Made by a program: the position numbers and the translations under genes. The notes under the pieces were generated by a model, which worked only from the letters and a program-made list of their open reading frames with translations, did no database searches and had not been told where the DNA came from. A stretch of 63,431 nt of DNA, filler included, from Octopus bimaculoides (Eukaryota): assembly GCF_001194135.2 (NCBI RefSeq). It is 6 parts of 5 records of this genome, joined end to end, with 100 filler letters (N's around TTAATTAATTAA, not from the genome) between each part and the next. Parts side by side here need not be neighbours in the genome. Positions count along the whole stretch, not along the records: positions 61,077 to 63,431 come from NW_026398198.1; 5 more parts are not named here. One strand, given 5' to 3'. Within the stretch, counting starts at the first letter, position 1. Each line of letters opens with the position of its first letter. Below are positions 62,162 through 63,431 of the stretch, piece after piece.

Positions 62162-63431
62162 TTACACATCTATGTAGATATGTATATATATGTATATATA
62201 TATATACAGATATATACATACACATATATATATGCATATATATATAGACAGATGACTATATATAAATATATATGATATAAATTATGATGAGGTGCTTGCT
62301 GGGAAAGTTAATGCAAATTTTCCCCTACCCTCCCATCCCGACCCATTTCGTAATCCTCATTCACAACCCTGTAAACTTGGAATGTTGCCATTCACCTATG
62401 ACAAATGTTGCACAAGATAAGTATACCTCGCACGGTGATACTCTTTCACTACTACAGATATATGTATATTCGTACATATATATATCTCTCTCTATATATA
62501 TATCTATATATCTAGATATACTATGCTTGTTTGTTTGTATGTAGTGACGCTTGATTGCATATAAGAAGCTGTAGAGTTGCTACGCTCTAACGACTATGTT
62601 ATCTTCAACGATATATGAAGAGAAAAATCTCAAAATACAAAAAAAAAAAAGAAAAGAAAAAATAGATATATATATATTGATATGCAAACGGAACAATTAC
62701 TGAAAGAAAACTTGAAGAAAGACAAAAAAATACATATAAAAATAAAAATAACAAAAAAAATCTAAAAATAAATATCAAAAACAAAAAAAAACAATGAAAA
62801 CTGCTAATGTGAAATATGAAAGAAAGAAAGAAAGAACGGAGAAGAATACAGAGGCATGATGAACATGTTAATACTGTTTCGAAATTTGAGAACAAAGTAG
62901 TATTAGTAATACTACTACTACTACTAACAAAAATATCAATGATAATAACTTTAATGATAATGATAATAACTTTAATGATAATGATAATAACTTTAAATTA
63001 AGTTTCAAAATACTAGTAATAATAACATAATGATAACAGTACAAAAATAATTCAAACATGATTTATAACCATAATAATTATAACATTGATTTCATTTTTG
63101 GCCACAAATTCCAAAAGGAAAATTAGCACATACATCAGCAATAGGTTATCATAGAATAGTAAGAAAGATACTCCCTCTAATAATGATGATGATGATGATG
63201 ATAATAATAACAACAATAATGATAATCATGATAATAGCAATAATCGAGATAAAACTATTTCTTTCATTTATTTGCTGCTAGCAACGTTTTAAATTTGCAG
63301 AAACGTGTTTTGAAAGTTTAAAATGTTATTTGACAGCATCTATGAGAAAGTACAGATATGCTTTATTCCTAAGACTACATAAGTGGACTAGTATAGCACA
63401 GTACAACAATATATATATATATATATATATA

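Overview
Eukaryotic, AT-rich, microsatellite- and SINE-saturated draft genome sequence. The SINE families and repeat content suggest an octopus or other coleoid cephalopod (inference). The window is not one locus: five artificial 100-bp linkers (44 N + TTAATTAATTAA + 44 N) split it into six unrelated scaffolds (1-15670, 15771-40836, 40937-50000, 50101-56031, 56132-60976, 61077-63431). Most ORFs in the track are microsatellite or N-gap artefacts. Three host genes are supportable. (1) A three-exon 3' end (+; 16097-16283, 17052-17118, 18459-18557) that the ORF track misses; spliced, it gives a C-terminal SAM-like domain. (2) A type II membrane GT-A glycosyltransferase with an intronless CDS (-; 36075-37112). 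(3) Exons of a strongly diverged fatty-acid-synthase/polyketide-synthase ketosynthase (KS) domain (-; 54620-54702, 52192-52366, 51940-52098). It keeps the DTACSSS active site but has lost the usually conserved DPQxR motif, and is the most interesting system here. The rest is a transposon graveyard: RTE, R4/Dong-like, HERO-like and Tx1-like LINE remnants, mariner and hAT remnants, several MITEs and foldback hairpins, at least four SINE families, and decayed minimal hammerhead-ribozyme motifs. All family assignments come from motif recognition by eye; no search was run.
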